A stretch of 64,000 nucleotides of DNA from Bdellovibrionales bacterium (GTDB lineage Bacteria; Bdellovibrionota; Bdellovibrionia; Bdellovibrionales; UBA1609). The position numbers and the translations under genes were made by a program. Of this stretch, positions 62,387 to 64,000 are shown piece after piece (positions within the stretch are counted from its first letter, which is position 1; each line of letters opens with the position of its first letter). The notes under the pieces are model-generated. The model saw only the letters and a program-made list of their open reading frames with translations. It did no database searches and was not told where the DNA came from. The DNA lies in contig JBFWVI010000005.1 of NCBI GenBank assembly GCA_050246815.1, forward strand, positions 1 to 64,000, read 5' to 3'.

Positions 62387-62864
62387 GGCGCGCCTTCAAT
62401 TCATTGATGATTTGCACGGCTTTTTCGTGGGTCAAATTTTCGTGATAGGCATCGTTGATCTGCATCATCGGCGCGGTTCCGCAAGAGCCCAGGCATTCCA
62501 CCTTGGTGATCGTCATCATGCCGTCTTTGGACATTTCGTTTTCTTTGACGCCAAAGTGTTTGCATAAATGCGCAGCCAGTTCGCGCCCGCCATTCATGGC
62601 GCACGAAATATTGGCGCACACTTGGATGTGCAGCTTGCCCACCGGCTGTTTATTGAACATGGTGTAGAACTTGGCCACTTCCCAGATGTGAGCCTCTGGA
62701 ATTTGTGTCAGTTGACTTAGGTGTCGAATGCAATCGCCCGAAATCCATCCGCCGTTTTCTTTTTGCGCGCGATAGAGCGAGGGAATGATCGCCGAATATT
62801 TGTGTTCGTAACGAGTGAGCTCATTTTTTACGAACTCTTGGCCTTCTTTAGAAAGTTGAAACAT
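62376..62864 (-). CDS. nuoE: NADH-quinone oxidoreductase subunit E
   Basis: FYTMF, CANISC, ECLGSCGTAP. Confidence 0.97.
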   Translation of the reverse strand: MFQLSKEGQEFVKNELTRYEHKYSAIIPSLYRAQKENGGWISGDCIRHLSQLTQIPEAHIWEVAKFYTMFNKQPVGKLHIQVCANISCAMNGGRELAAHLCKHFGVKENEMSKDGMMTITKVECLGSCGTAPMMQINDAYHENLTHEKAVQIINELKARHGN

Positions 62865-62873
62865 GCTTATCCC

Positions 62874-64000
62874 CTACCGGTCCAATTCGCCGGCAATCAA
62901 GTTCATGCTGCCCAAAATGGCAATCACATCCGCGACCAGGCCGCCGGTGATCTGCTTTGGGAACGATTGGTAAATGGCAAAGCAAGGCGGACGCACCTTC
63001 AAACGATAGGGACGCCCCGAGTTGTCGCTGACCAGATAAAATCCAAGCTCGCCGTTGGCGCCTTCTAGCGCATCATAGATTTCGCCCGCCGGCGGACGAA
63101 GACCCTTGATGACCAACATAAAGTGATTCATAAGGCCTTCGATGTTGCCGTAGACGTCTTTTTTCTCGGGCAAAACAATGGATTTATCGCGAATGGTGTA
63201 ATCACCCGGTGGAATATTCTTAGCCACTTGTTCGACAATCTTTAACGATTCGCGCATTTCAGCGACACGCACCAAGTAGCGATCAAAAACATCGCCGCTG
63301 GTGCCCACGGGAACATCAAAGTCCAAAGATTCATAGCCGTAGTAGGGATCCGCTTTGCGCAAATCGAGGGCCACACCCGCCGCACGCAAACAGGGCCCTG
63401 TGTAACCCCACTGAATCGCCTCATCAGCACCAATTGAACCGACGCCACGTGTGCGCTCGATCCAGATCTTGTTGCCGGTCAAAAGTTTATCCAGCTCGTC
63501 GATCCCCTGACGCATCTCTTTGCAGAACTGCAAAACATCTTTGTACCAACCCTCGGGAGGATTGTTGGCCATCCCCCCCACCCGGGTCATCGACACGGTC
63601 AAACGAGCACCGCAGAGTTTTTCAAACAGCGTGTAGACCTTTTCGCGGTACTGAAACAAATGGAAGAAGCCGGTCAACGCGCCCAGGTCCACTGCGTTTG
63701 CGCCGATGCAGACGATATGGTCAATGACTCGCGAGAGCTCCATTAAAATAACCCGAATGGCCTGCGCTTTGGGCGGAATCTGCACGCCAAGCATTTTTTC
63801 AACCGTTTTGCAGTAGGCCACGTTGTTAATCGGAGCCGAACAATAGTTCAAACGATCGGTGTAGGGGATCACTTGGTTGTAGGGGTGGGTTTCGGCCATC
63901 TTCTCAAAACAGCGATGCAAAAAGCCCAGCTCGACGCCCGCGCGATGGACCTTCTCACCGTCCAACTGCACCATCACCCGGAGTGTTCCGTGAGTGGCTG
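62874..64000 (-). CDS. nuoD: NADH-quinone oxidoreductase subunit D (or the D part of NuoCD); 5' end outside window
   Basis: Frame is open to the window edge (ATHGTLRV); GFLHRCFEK, YTDRLNY, GELDR. Confidence 0.95.
   Translation of the reverse strand, partial: ATHGTLRVMVQLDGEKVHRAGVELGFLHRCFEKMAETHPYNQVIPYTDRLNYCSAPINNVAYCKTVEKMLGVQIPPKAQAIRVILMELSRVIDHIVCIGANAVDLGALTGFFHLFQYREKVYTLFEKLCGARLTVSMTRVGGMANNPPEGWYKDVLQFCKEMRQGIDELDKLLTGNKIWIERTRGVGSIGADEAIQWGYTGPCLRAAGVALDLRKADPYYGYESLDFDVPVGTSGDVFDRYLVRVAEMRESLKIVEQVAKNIPPGDYTIRDKSIVLPEKKDVYGNIEGLMNHFMLVIKGLRPPAGEIYDALEGANGELGFYLVSDNSGRPYRLKVRPPCFAIYQSFPKQITGGLVADVIAILGSMNLIAGELDR

Noticed and set aside
1..64000. CRISPR arrays, rRNA, IS elements, retrons or other defence systems
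   Set aside because: No regularly spaced repeats, rRNA signatures, transposase or reverse-transcriptase motifs seen by eye

Overview
This is a 64-kb chromosomal window from a Gram-negative bacterium. Gene content and synteny suggest Bdellovibrionota (inference, not a database result). Bases 1-20 kb hold the core transcription/translation cluster on the minus strand: pyrF, rlmB, four tRNAs, tuf, tRNA-Trp, secE-nusG-rplKAJL-rpoBC, rpsL-rpsG, a divergent fusA and rpsJ-rplC-rplD'. The rest mixes housekeeping genes (proS, ntrY/ntrX-like pair, rib genes, clpB, flagellin, xerC-like, gmhB, recO, ugd, nuoD'EFGI) with accessory secreted-protein genes. The best candidates for undescribed systems are (1) an operon pairing a TMTC-like and a TMEM260/DUF2723-like GT-C glycosyltransferase with two paralogous Cys-conserved secreted proteins (20.7-26.1 kb), and (2) a cryptic type I toxin-antitoxin-like module with a 35-aa hydrophobic peptide and a predicted ~80-nt antisense RNA (37.1-37.4 kb). 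Also notable are an str-locus EF-G lacking the translocation loops and cut off from rpsG by a terminator, a probable ATT start codon for the NtrY-like kinase, a multi-ANGGA flagellin leader, an H1-like basic/acidic protein, and sigma54 promoters on orphan secreted proteins. No rRNA, CRISPR array or clear mobile element was seen. All family calls come from motif recognition by eye.
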